Part shown: positions 51,601-64,000 of the stretch, piece by piece | Layout of the letters: the number at the start of each line of letters is the position of its first letter | Position numbering within the stretch: the stretch's first letter is position 1 | DNA from: Antedon mediterranea | Lineage: Eukaryota; Animalia; Echinodermata | Assembly: GCF_964355755.1 (NCBI RefSeq) | Contig: NC_092670.1 | Location: forward strand, 19,082,795 to 19,146,794 | DNA length: 64,000 nucleotides | Direction of reading: 5' to 3' | Translations under genes and position numbers: made by a program | The notes under the pieces: model-generated | What the model saw: only the letters and a program-made list of their open reading frames with translations | Databases searched by the model: none | What the model was told of the DNA's origin: nothing

Positions 51601-54600
51601 TACATAGTTAATTTTTTACTTACGGATCTCCATATATTGCCGCAAGGTACATCAAAGTAAGGCATGTGGACTGTAGGTCCAAAGGAGGGACAGATGAAGG
51701 GAGGAAGTACATTGAAGACTGCCCACGAAGGATAGCACAAATGTCGTATACTGGGCCTAAGAAAATATTATGAAAGAATTATGTACAACATATACATATA
51801 AAAAGGTGGTCTGTTACAGTTGGTCGACTTACAATTGATATCACCAATTACAGACTCCATCTTAGCTAGGCAGCTCTTGTCATTATCAGGTAGCAGATTG
51901 TGACAGAGGTTCAGCAGGAAAGAGTCCACTCGCTCCTTAACATCACAGTTGGCTTGCTGGCTACAAAACTGATTCTTTACACTTAGTGAAAGTTGAATGA
52001 AAGATGACGAAGCTGTCGAAAAGAAACCCCAGTTTATTTACAAACTGAACTCTAATAACTGTACAACCAACTTTACTTATGGCTACTATTGAGTTTACAA
52101 AACTTAAAATAGCTATTTGTATATCTACCTAATTTGCTTGAAAATGATTTAATATCTATCACAGTTGAAATGTCATAAACGTGACAGAGGATACTGAAGA
52201 AGCACCTGCACACTTCTGCATCATCCAAGTGCTTGTAGTTCACCTGTATGCAAATGATAATATTGAATGTGTAATGTTTGTTAATGTAATGAAAATTTAA
52301 AATCAAGCACTTTGATAGAAAGTTTACATTATTTAAATAAATGCATTATGTATGTACCATTACATGTGGAATACAAATTGTATCCAGCATTTTGAGTAGG
52401 AATTCTATAAATTGTTCAACATCTATCATCTCTTCGTCATCTGTAAGCTGGGAGTGTGGAGCCTTAAAGATACTAGCACTGGCAGTTGGATCACGTTGGC
52501 ATAAAATAGACAACCTGAAAAATTATAGAAATATATGTTAGATGATACACCAAAGCATTAATTTTAATACTTTAAATGTCTATGTCTGTGATGCATATAT
52601 TTTTAATGCACCATCTTAAGATGTTAAGCTGTTGTACCTCTTGTAAAACACTTTTAATTGTTATAACATATATACAGTACCTGAAAGCCCTTTCCATGAC
52701 TGACAAACCAACAGCCAAGCACTGTTTATTCTCATCATATCTTTTGTTTTTGTTTTCTTCGCTGGTGAGGGAAGCGGTTGAGGATCTGCTTGTCTTGGTG
52801 AGGTTGCTAAGAGATCCAATGTCTTTCCAAGTGTCCATGATAGCTCTCAATGGCTGCTCTAGTGCGTTGAAATCTACTGGATTTTTTAAATGGTCTTTTC
52901 TAGAAGATTTACAAAAACTATTGTGTATAAAGAATTTTGCATGAAAAAATGTAATTCTTTCTCTACTCCCATTGAGAATATGGCGTAGTACTTCTGTCCT
53001 TTAAAAATGTTGCCTTGGACGGCAGTCGCTGCCTCTAACCACTTTATATACACAGTGTTATAAAACATTAATTTGAGAATACCTTAGTAATTCTTGTAGA
53101 GCACCACCTGCAGAACAGACAATACTAATCTGAGAATGCCTTAGACATCTGCATAGGAGACTACTCATTGCTTTCAGGAGGGAGCTGCTGGTAATAAGGC
53201 TAACATTTGTTGGTTGTCTAAATAATAGTATTGAATACATTGTCAGCATTGAAATAATAAACATAGTAATGCTTTAATTGAAACATCTAATATATTTGAT
53301 AAAAACTAGATAACATGAACCTGTACCTGTTGAGCATCTTCTTTATCAACTCTAGCCTAAAATTAAAAAAAAATATTTTACTAAGGTTATTGCCTGGTCC
53401 CAAGTCCAGGATGCGAAAGGAGGAGGGTTGAGCTCAGGGTTAGCTACCCGGTCTCGGAAAAAACCAGTGGCTACAGAAACAGTAACAAAAGAAACTAAAG
53501 TAGCTATGAATACGAAAGTAGGAGAAGTTACGGAAAACACTCGGCACAGAGAAGAAAGCAGGCTCCATGGAGTATCAATGACGGGTGCTGATCAAAGCCG
53601 AAAGGAAGTCAACATCTTGAAAAGCTCGATTCTCTCTGCCAAACATCGAACTAAATTTGCCACATGGAATGTACGAATTCTGTTCCAGTGCGGGAAACTA
53701 GACCAAGTTCTCAAAGAATTTGAAATTTATGGCCTTGAAATACTAGGAATCAGTGAAATGAGATGGACAGGTAAAGGAAAGATGAGCAAGGATAATAAGA
53801 CAATCCTCTACTCTGGCCGTGACACTTTACACACCCATGGTGTCGGCATCATTTTAAGTAGGGAAGCAAACAAAGCATTAATTGGATGGACACCAGTAGA
53901 TCACAGAACGGTGGTAAGCGGAAACCAGGAAGACCAGCTCCTACATGGAAGAGAACAATGGCAAAAGATCTGGAGAAAATGGGCCTCAATTGGGAGGATG
54001 CCAAGATACAAGCGCTAAACCGAGTGAAATGGAGATCAGATGTTGCTGCCCAATGTTCTTTAGAGAACAGGAGGAACTAAGTCTAAGTAAGTAAGTATTA
54101 AAAAAAGATATACTTAGCCTAATATAAATATTGTTATTTTTATATATTTCTTACCCTTGACATAAGATGTCCTTATTTTTTAATTTCATGGCATGGTTAG
54201 TTGCCCTGACAACTGAATCCATTCCATAAACAGCATGGCACTCGTGGAAAAAATTGAGTGAATCTGTTAGAACTAGGAGGCAGCAAAATATGGAGCTGTG
54301 GAAACAAGTTACTTTCTTTAGTCACAGTCAATTGGCCACACTGGAAATTAACTGCACAGTACCAAAGCTGAACAACTATAATACAGTAGGCGTAGTGTAT
54401 CAAACGCATTCCCATGATGAAAACCCTTTAATGACTACTTGGGATGCCTTCATAAAACATTTTACTTATTTTTATACATGAAGATAGGCCTACCTCAGAA
54501 AAATGAATACAGTAGGCAATGTAGTAAATACCCATATGATCAAAACCCTTTACTAAATATCTTCATCAGCACATTTTCCCTATATTTATACATGGAGATA

Positions 54601-57600
54601 GGCCTACCTCAGAAGAATGTCATTTGTTGTGGCAAGACACTCAAATAGGAACTCTGCTATATCTGCAGACAGTAAAGATTCAGTAAAAGTTGTTTGCTTT
54701 AAACTCTTCTCTGCCAAAACCAGCTGGGTTAAACATTGGACTACTGTAATTTGGTGAATGCCATTTCTACTCAGAAGCACCTGAATTTACAGAAAAGTTA
54801 GTTAGAGCAAAGTTTTATCAAATAGTGGCCAAACTTGAAATAACACAATAATAATAAGCCTTCACATTATTACCCTAGTAATAGTCAATTGTTATGTATT
54901 TACAGGATTGTTCTAATGGTTATACAGTTCAAAATTGCTGTACCTTTTTAAAAGCAGAAGATGCAAGTCCGTAGTTGTCTGTTGCCATAATTTCATGTAC
55001 TGAGCACTCATTCTCAACAACTTTTTTTAGAAGCCCTATAAATACAGATTCATGTTTTATATTATTTAATGATCAACCCATTTTATGTCAAATATGACAA
55101 TTTAACCAATCCAATAAGTATTTATATATATATACATATTTTTAAAAATCTTTCCCGAATTCTATAAATGTTAAACATTACCTAATGAGTTCATTGTCAG
55201 CTCAGAAGAACTAGCAGAAGCAATGATTGCCAGTAGGTTTTTGATGAGCTCTTTTACAAGAGGTTCCTTGCAAATGTTGCTCATGTGACCCCCAGCAAGG
55301 TGAAGGAGGATGTATGTGATCGCTGATTGGATATTCTCCTCTGGGTACTTCAGCCCTGTCAACAGGTAGTCTGTAAAGTGTCCTATTAAAAATAATGAAA
55401 TAAACAAGAAGTGTTTCTTACAAAAAAAATCTGCTCAACTTTTTGACATACAGTTTGAATTATTGTTCTTTCTTCATTAAATTGTATATATTTGTTATAA
55501 TAAATGTGATTATGTGAGGAAATTACTTACTGTAAGATTGTTGGAGTAAATCAGCTAACGGAGGAATAGATTGCAGCAAACGACCAATCAGAGTCAGCGA
55601 AGGAAGACTTTTCTGGAAGCTTGAATCCTGAAGGCACTATACATAAAGCAACAAAGAAGAGGTAACTGATTTCTATAGATCAGATATCACAGGGCTTCAT
55701 CACTAAACAATTTAACCACTGTACAACGTATAAAGCTCTGTCTACACTATCAAATTTTAGGTGAAAAAATGTGATGTGTCCATATATGAACACGATGATG
55801 TCATATCACTACCATATTTGGGCACATTATTATTTTTTTTTTCAAACTAGTTTGGTAGTGTACAGCTTTATAGTATGTGAAATAAAGTTCATTGAAAGTT
55901 GTTAAGTCAAGTATGAAGTAATTAATATGGTAGGTACGATCACATTTCAATAATGTCTAAGGATGATTTAACACTATGTCTCAAACACATTACATTACAT
56001 ACAAAACATTACAGTGGTAATTATTGTTTATGTCTGGTAATGCTATGCCAACAATGCAAGACTGACTCAAATCTTATTTTATTTTTAAGGTCCGAAATGT
56101 CTGTGGACTTTAATTTTCAAACTTTAATTTATTAATTTATATGTAAAGGCCTTTATTCCACAGCTTTTATATTGCGCAATTGTTATATTACAGTACATAT
56201 AGTTAAATTCAATTTGAAATTCAATTTATTTATTCAAATAAATTCGACTTATTTATTCAAATAAATTCAATTTATGTATTCAAATATATATTTAATTTAT
56301 TTAATACAAAAAAACAGAAATTCCTAGTTTAGTGTAGGCAGCACCAATTATACACCAATTAATGACATTTCATGAAAATGACAGCAATTAGAATGATAAT
56401 AAATTATTAATCACAATCTATTAACCTTAAAGACGATAATAATGATTGTTTTTTTATTATTTTAATGTCAAAATCAATGAACTTATAATTTATACGTCCA
56501 TGTTTTAACTATAATCAACCAAACTTAACTATGGTATCTTAATTTCAATTATTCCCTAGAGTGTACATCTTTTGAGCATATCCCTACATTTACCATTTGA
56601 ATGGCTAGTGTATAGGCCATTCGCAACGACCATATAAGGGCATAAGGTGGCTTGTGGCAGCACAGCCTATCAACTGATTTCTTGATGAGGATTCGCATGC
56701 CACAGGCAGTTTAATCAAATAACAGCCTGATGAAAACTCATCATCAATCACATGCTAGGAGCTAGGCTGCCTAGCGGGTGTTATTAGAATAGACAGTAGC
56801 GCAGTGGGATGTTTATAGCTTGGCTCGTGCCATACTTCAGGCTCTTATCTTGTCATCTACTTTACCAATGTTAAAGTTGGACAACAAAAATGATGCTGCG
56901 GGTGTTAGAGAAAAAAGAATGTATTGACTAATTACACAATTTAAATTTATTATTTTTGTTTATTACTGTATAAGATATATTGTCTGAAAAATAAATGTAA
57001 ATTTTGTTGACCATTTTAATGTCACATAATATTTATTATCTGATAAAACCGTAATTTAGGAAGTCAGCAAGAAAAATTGTCTGTCTTAAAAACGTTGATT
57101 AGTTTTTTTATTTTTTATGAACTGAAGTCATTTTTGTTCTTTTTATTTTTTTTTCAAACGTGAATAATTAATAAAACTTTAAAATGGTATATTCAAAGTA
57201 TAACTTTTACAAAGTACAATTTTCTATGTATTTGGGACAACATTAACTATTTAATATTAAAATCCAATCCAACAATAGAACTCTATGTTACTTTATCTTT
57301 ACTTTTTTACTGGTGCATTGATTCAGGATTCAAAAACTACAAAATAAATTGCTTTTAAAGTAGATTTTGTCTGCAAATAAAAGTGGCAATTAATAGGCTG
57401 TCACAACTGTGTGAAAATATTTATAATTAAATTAGCATTCTTGTACAAATATTTACAAAAGGAATTTATAAATTAGGAAGTTGAATTATAATTGTTTTAC
57501 CAGAGATGTCACTTGATTCACAAGACCATACACTAAATCTTCATTCCTCAGTTGACAACAAACTTCAACAATTACTAGAAATATATGAAAAAGAACATAA

Positions 57601-60457
57601 ACTGTTTATGGGTAGAAAAAATGAAATAATGTTCAGTTTCAGAATGGGTAAAAGTAGTTTGAAGTATAGAACATTGGGTAAAATTTGTCACTTTTTGGAT
57701 TTTTGTTTGCCCCTGGTTCCCACACTGTCTTTCCTGCACATTTATAACCTTTTACATATTGTTTATTTGTCACCACTAAGTACAGGTAAATTAGTAATTT
57801 AATTTCACACATTTAAGAGCCCAGCTTATGCCTTCATTTCAATAATTAGTAGCCCATAGGATAATTTATATTAAATTATAAAACGGGCAAATTTTTTTTG
57901 ATAGGGCTTACATTCGTCGTTAATAGTTACATTGAGCAGGAACCCAGGTGTGTCAAGTACATGACCTTGAGTAAACAATTAGGTATATACAACTGTTATA
58001 TTAAATTATTATGTTAGTCTCCTTCGGAATACACGTTAGGTGGCCAAGAAAGCGATAGCATAGCCAACACCAGGACCGTTATCACGATCCTGGTATTGCA
58101 TGCTTGCATCGGTTTAGCCAAGTTACATATTTGTGGTATTGAGGCATTTCATTCAAGAAATATACCTCATTATAGTGTTCATTTGTAATAAGATAATCTG
58201 CAGATACACATGGCTCACAAATATTAATAAAATGTTTGTGGTGAGTTGGTGGAGAGAGGATATTTTTTGAAATAAGTGATAAAAAGTGAATTCATAAGTG
58301 ATAACATTAAGCAACACACATGGGTGGATTCTAGGGGGTCCCACTCAGCCCTGGTCCACGCCCTGCCCCACCCCACTAAATTAAAAAACATAGCGCAAAA
58401 TAAACATACTATATACAAATTGTGCACATAATTTTACAATTTTTAGGCCTCCCTCCCGAAATTATTATAAATACTTTCAGTGACCCCGTAGGCCTATATA
58501 AACTATTCCATACTGGTTGTATGAACGGCTGTTCCTAAAGTGAAAGTGTGATATTCTTAACACAGTAAAGTTTGCTATGTCTAATTAAGTGGGATCCAGC
58601 AACTGAATGATATGTGTTTAGATTTCTGCTATCACAATCACAACACCTGCTCCTATGTGAGTTGAGTTTATACACCTCCCAATGCTTAAGCTAACAATCT
58701 GCTTGTCAAGCTGTCCTAAGCTGGGCTAAACTACTATACTCTATATTGCTAAAATGTCTGGCCAAACCCACTGTTCCTGAGTCAACCCTACAAACATGAT
58801 ACTCATCGATAAACATAGTGATAATGACATAATGAGAGTAATAAATATGTTTATAAGTGTAATTAATATGCAAGTATTTAATTTGCATAATGGAAGTTTC
58901 TCTTGCCTTATAAGAAGGTTGCAATCTGTGATGATGGATACCCCCTGGTTTGTATCACAATGTTTTCTTAGGTAAAGTTCTAGGCCTACTGTATTAATAT
59001 TAGAGGAAGAAATAGTTAGTACATAAGTTCGATCAAAATATATAAATGCTAAGATTAATATTATAAGTTTTCTTTAAAAGAATCATTTCACTTATTCTTA
59101 AAGCTAAGTTAAAAGTGTTATACGTCAATTAAACAAATTCTGCATTCCTTATCTAAAAAAATGATCAATGTTAAACTCCAATGTATTTTAAGAGCAAAAT
59201 GCGCCTGATGTTACCACGGTTACAACATATGCAGTGCTAGAATTAACTGTTCTACTTGAATGTGATTTGTTGGTGCAACACTGCCTGTACTCCATATATG
59301 GTATGATCAGCTGTTGTAAGGCATGTTGCCAAAGTCTGTGTATACAGTACAGTAGTCTAGTTTTGTTCTGTTCGGCATTCTGTATTATAATACAGATTCA
59401 AGAAATGTTATTGGTCCACTTAAAATGGAAATTAATTTTGCTTGGCATAATTAAGACAATAAAAATACAAGAAAAAAACATAAAATTGCACAACCGCTAT
59501 ATGCCAATGTTAAAATTACAGCTTTGGGACCTAACAATGTTCCTTCTTTCATAGGAATATCTCATGAATAAGGGTTGTGTTGAACTACGTGATTTCCCTT
59601 AAAACTAGCTTAATTGGCTTAATAAATTTATTTATTAAATTTATTATCATTCATTTTAATCTTACCTTCAATTGCTGATGCTATGATACCGTCATCTGAT
59701 GAAGCAAAAAGAGCTACAAACAAAATTGAATGAAATAAAAAAACATCAAAATGTTTGCTAAAAAAAAAACAGCTTATTGATATGCTGTTTTAAAAATAAA
59801 TATTTTCACTGTAATTTGTACAGCTTCATTCATCAAAAACAAATTGGTAAAGTAGAGGGCAGAGAATCTTTGTAAACATTTATACTGTATAGACAACATT
59901 TTATATTATTATTGATGAGTAAAGGAAAAAATATAAACAGAGGAGAGGGAAGGAATAAGGTATGACAAGTTAGTGAAACAGTGTGGTAAAGTGAGACTCC
60001 GTTTCGGACTTTTTCTTGGTCAATTTGCTCTGTTTATTAGGGTTTTTCCTGGTTTATTTTTTATTCTTTTTACATTTTTGTTAACACCACATATAGATTA
60101 TTTGTATTTTGCACTATAACAATTTAAAACCATTAACCATTAAGAATGAAACAGGTATTGGAAGCTCAGTAGATACTCTCATCGCAACCTACCAATCAAA
60201 ACGGACACAAGGTGTACAGACACCTGTGGTTCATCATCCAGAGTTCTAAGAAGTTCATGATCACTATCCACAACCACCTTTAACAACTCTGTCAACAGGA
60301 ACTTTTTCTTTACAGGCGGTTTTCCTGGGTCCTCAAGCTGTTCAAGAGCACACGCCACACAAAATACAATGCCCTGATGGCCGCAGTTGAAGATCCAGCA
60401 ATCATTGTGTGATGTGTGATTAGACGTTAGTAACATTAGTCCTGACATCCTGTTCAT
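45652..60457 (-). CDS. MEI1: Meiosis inhibitor protein 1 (ARM/HEAT-like meiotic double-strand-break factor), multi-exon
   Basis: First coding exon 60193-60457 H..HNDCW...CVACALEQLEDPGKPPVKKKFLL...VHLVSVLIG (human HYRHDPRW...[23 protein letters not shown]...IHFISVLFG). LLTGLKYPEENIQSAI (55.3 kb), LLSADIAEFLFECL (54.65 kb), KCHAVYG (54.24 kb), LRQPWN...YNM|FMSYK (46.2-46.6 kb), last exon IYDYLSHDQ...FNKF* 45652-45789. Not every internal exon was resolved. Confidence 0.88.
46945..47016 (-). tRNA. tRNA-like cloverleaf, anticodon ATC (Asp); tRNA gene, pseudogene or SINE head
   Basis: GCCCCAG TG GTCT-AATGGTTA-GGAC A TCTGC-ATATCAA-GCAGG CGGT CCGAG-TTCGAGT-CTCGG TTGGGGC G (72 nt), all stems paired, T5 terminator a few nt downstream. 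Confidence 0.6.
47059..47237. mobile_element. Small MITE with internal 17-bp tandem repeat; related fragments at ~33020-33170 and ~37350-37480
   Basis: Ends cagtagaaacc...gggttccactgta; ggggacactcctactaa repeated about 4 times; shared attatatttcccctc / tgtcccct motifs in the other copies. Confidence 0.6.
48999..50499. mobile_element. Non-autonomous DNA transposon (P- or hAT-like) in a MEI1 intron
   Basis: TIRs CAGGGGTCCCAA / TTGGGACCTCTG, 7-bp TSD GTTAAGT (48992-48998, 50500-50506), subterminal ctaccgc repeats, no transposase ORF. Confidence 0.85.
53390..54097 (+). mobile_element. Internally deleted RTE-clade LINE in a MEI1 intron
   Basis: AP-endonuclease start FATWNVRIL...LGISEMRWTG...HGVGIIL joined at ~53905 to the RTE C-terminus GKRKPGRPAPTWKRT...W..A..R..W; (TAAG)n tail. 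Confidence 0.85.
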
Positions 60458-61969
60458 TTTTTCATTTTAAAAATACTATTAAAAAGAGAATAAGTTGACT
60501 ACTATACTACAATACCTTAATTTTACAGGTGCTAATGTTACCCTAACATTAAGTTAAAATAAAAAAGAAATAACATAGGCCTACTACTACTAAAAACAGG
60601 CTTCTAGACAGTACAAGCTGCCTTCCTAACTAGGCTTAGCCTAGCCCTAAAAAACTAATATTATTATTATAGGTCTAATAACATTTGTTATACTTATATA
60701 GGCTAGTAATACTTAGGCTAGGTCGAGTTATTTTGTCAGCCCTATCCTATAGTCGAGCTTTAGAATTTCCAGCCTTCATACAACACTATATGACCTACTA
60801 CTTATACTATGGCTCAATCCTGCAGGCCCACCTATCTCCCCTCCTACCTAGCGGAGAGAGAATGTGGTCCGCATCCTAGCTAGGCCTACTAGGCCTAGAC
60901 ACACATGGAGTATAGCCTATAGGCCTAGGCCTAGGCTATACTCCATGGACCATGCATATCATGGTCCTAGGCCTAGGCCTAACTAGCTAGACCCTAGCTA
61001 GGCTTGGTCTATTGTGATTTTTTACACTAAAGCGATCTCTACATTTATGTAAGGATAACTAAAGTAATGTTTACTTCGCCTAATAATATAAATAGGTTAA
61101 GTTTAGCCCTAGTTTGTATAGGCTAGGCCTTCTTGTTGTACCCCACCAGAACACGACACGGGAGGAGCGGCGACCTCGATCGATTAATCAAAACTTAACT
61201 CTACACGTCACCGACGCCTAATATTCAGTTTACGTTTCTCATTGGTCAATAGTTACTTTTGCCATTCCAGTTACTAATTTTTCTCCATACACAAAAATAG
61301 CGTGTTTCATTGCGTTCCGCTGTGATTTCTATCTTCATCTTGTATACAATAAACCATTTTATTGTTTTATTGGCCATATTAAGAACAGTTTAGAACACTT
61401 AATTCCTAGTATTGTAATAATGAAGTATGTTGCATCATGAACTACACATTAAAAGGTCCGAATAATAACTGATTTTGTCTTATTTTTCCTTAGTATACTT
61501 TGTAGGGTGTAATATTTAGGTTTAATTAACTAGGCCTATTCATCATTTAAGGAGGCAACGCAATACAATTTGCATTTTGACCCAATTATAAGTGTACCAC
61601 CCTGCTAAATGTTGTAGTACGGTATTATTATTCAGGAACTTAGGAAGTCTAACTAACCATGATCAATAGGCCTATTATAGGCGATTGAATAAATTGGCCG
61701 CACGTGGCAATACGATAAGTGTGGTAGTTCTAGAAAATTGTTAGTGAAAGAAATATTAACTCTCTAGCCAATGGGAAAAGCTTTCACAATCCCAAGCAGA
61801 CGATCTTTAACTCATTGAGAAATAATTATTGATTCAAGTATGCGTACACTACAGCACATTGTCGAACGATTGGTGGAGATTATCAATACCCTGGACACCT
61901 TCCCTTTTTCTGACTACAAACATTTCACTACTAAGACATTCTTATAGTTCTACAAATTCCTTTCACATA

Positions 61970-62228
61970 CCAGAGGGCGGAAAAGTGACGTTGGAATATC
62001 AAATGAGCAGACGATAGCAAGGGAACCTCAAGCTGATTGGTTAATACACAAAGGGGCGGATACAAGCTCATTGACTGGCCAATAGTTGGGTTAGGCCCTC
62101 CCATTGAATAATCGCTATCTTTGTGGATTGTCTGTATCGCTTTGCATTGGTTGCATTTCTCGCAATCAAACGGCTGCTTGTTTTTAGGATCTTCTCGATC
62201 CTCTTCCCTTTCTTCTTCTGATCCGGAG
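61970..62228 (+). promoter_or_regulatory. CCAAT/GC-box promoter with a pyrimidine-rich putative first exon (donor gtaagt at 62229), divergent from MEI1
   Basis: gggcgg at ~61975 and ~62054, attgg/ccaat at ~62036, ~62079 and ~62146, ctcttccctttcttcttct 62201-62219, then GAG|GTAAGT. Confidence 0.55.
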
Positions 62229-63639
62229 GTAAGTTTATTGTTGTACCAAAATAAGTTTTTTTTTGCGAGTTACCAAGTTCTTATTTGGATTTTATACAAG
62301 TGCACGAAGTTTTTCTGTCGGATATTTATAATCATCTTGTGCATTTTTATGTGTTGTATGTTGCTTATCATCGTCGTCGGTTTGCTGTTTTGAAGATTTT
62401 ACTGTAAGAATGTTCTTTGTTTGTTATTATTTATTAGCTTAAAGGGGTATGAAATGATTTACGGTTTAAGCCATAAGTTTAACGTATACATTTTATTGAT
62501 ACATTACCCCTTTTAAATAGACTGCAACGTCGTAGAGTAGGCCTACAGCTTTTTTTCAAAATAATTTTCTTTATGATAAGTTATACGGTAAGTTGTTTAA
62601 GTATGACGTGTTTATCTATGATGCATTCGCTTGTCTATTCACCTCAATATCTGATTTGAATAGAAATAGTTAGACTATAGTGAGTGCAAAAAGTATTTTC
62701 TATCACAAAATATGATAAATTGTAGATCTATCTACAAATTTAGGCCCTATATAGTCTAGGCGTGTGTCGTGTGTAATCTACTATTATTAGGTCCACACAC
62801 GTGTGTAAATAATACATTTCTAGATATAGAATTAGTTGCAAAATGTTTATAAATCAAAATATTTGTGTTTACAATTACCAATAATAACCTAAATATAAAG
62901 TATATTAATATGAGGGACAAGCGCGTGTTTTTGCGTGTGTAGGGGCGGTGGGGAGGTGCATAAAATAGAAGATGCATAATAAAAACTTTGAACCAATCAC
63001 CGAAGACAATTCGGTTAATAAGTAGGCGTAATGAGAATTTTATAAAAGCTAACATTTATTATTAATTATATGTTTAATAGTATTCTTCTGTAGAAAATGC
63101 AGAATATCAGATTAAGTAATTATTTTTTTTGATCAACTAGACTGTAAATTTAGTAGCTTTCTAATGATCTAAAAGAGGAAAATGTCCGACTGCGGTGGCG
63201 GGCTTTTAGAAGACAATTTTCATTGACAGCATGTGCAATTGAACATAGTTTTTTAAACAGCTGCTGTTTACATTTTATACCCTTGGGGTTTATAGACATA
63301 ATATTATACTATTCCAGAATAGAATATATTCACTCATGATAATGATATTGACCATCTTAAAAATTAAGGTATTTAATTACTGTAAGTGACTTTAGGCCTA
63401 GGCTAGGCCCTGCCTGAGTCAGTGTCACTCACATGGCAGTGTGGTAGGTCTGTGGGGCCTAGGGGTTCCCATGATTACCGCCATGCCGGTTTGCGGTAGG
63501 CCTAGCCTAGGTCTGTTGTATGTTTCATTTTCCTTTTCATCAACACTAAGGTAGGGATTGTGGTTTTTAAAAAAACGCTGTGGCTAAAGATACGGTACCG
63601 TATTCTAACTTCTGTTTACTAAAGATACGGTAAAATTGC

Positions 63640-63695
63640 ATTACGTCATAACCAGCCAATGGGGTGCTGGTACGTGTGTGACGTCATCGTATAAG
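63640..63695 (+). promoter_or_regulatory. CRE/CCAAT motif cluster
   Basis: ttacgtca 63641-63648, ccaat 63656-63660, perfect CRE tgacgtca 63679-63686, tataa just after. Confidence 0.35.
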
Positions 63696-64000
63696 GACTT
63701 TGTGGATTTTTTTCATATCGCGAAAACCATGGAGGTATGGCGAAAACAGTGATCAACCGCATTTTCTTTATGCTTTATTTATCGCTATTATCGCCGTCGT
63801 GTGTGACAAAAACTAAATGTAGCCTACGTCTGTTATTATTATTGAAAAGCCATGTTGATTTTAATTCTAGAATAGAGAAAACCGTTTTAAAAGAGGCCTA
63901 GGCCTACTTACTACGTACTATGTATAACCTCATTATATGAGTTTGTTTGTGTAGGGAAAGCGATGCCAGGCTGTGGCCAGCTGCATATGTGTGCTGTGCG

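Noticed and set aside
62615-62660. atgatg...ctga as a C/D box snoRNA
   Set aside because: Imperfect C box and too short.

Overview
AT-rich eukaryotic (invertebrate animal, plausibly echinoderm-like) genomic DNA with GT-AG spliceosomal introns; most short ORFs in the track are exon fragments or noise. 1-28 kb is a head-to-tail tandem array of six STING (TMEM173)-like genes plus an orphan 3' fragment, recognised from NVAQGLAWSYFTGYL, DRAGVKDRPYVNSVY and EYVTIIDTLFQM motifs. They fall into two subtypes that differ in the cyclic-dinucleotide lid and in the presence of a short C-terminal tail ending T-x-V. The lid-coding ~115 nt looks homogenised within each subtype, and two copies appear decayed. 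The array carries a Penelope element (inverted pLTR, hammerhead-like motif) and a full-length decayed BEL/Pao LTR retrotransposon with a nested hAT-type insertion. 29.2-43.4 kb is exportin-6 (XPO6, + strand, 24 coding exons). 45.7-60.5 kb is MEI1 (- strand), with many intronic TEs and a tRNA-Asp(ATC)-like cloverleaf. The window ends in promoter-like DNA with a pyrimidine-rich first exon. All coordinates, counts and translations are by hand; human residue numbers are from memory of the human proteins.
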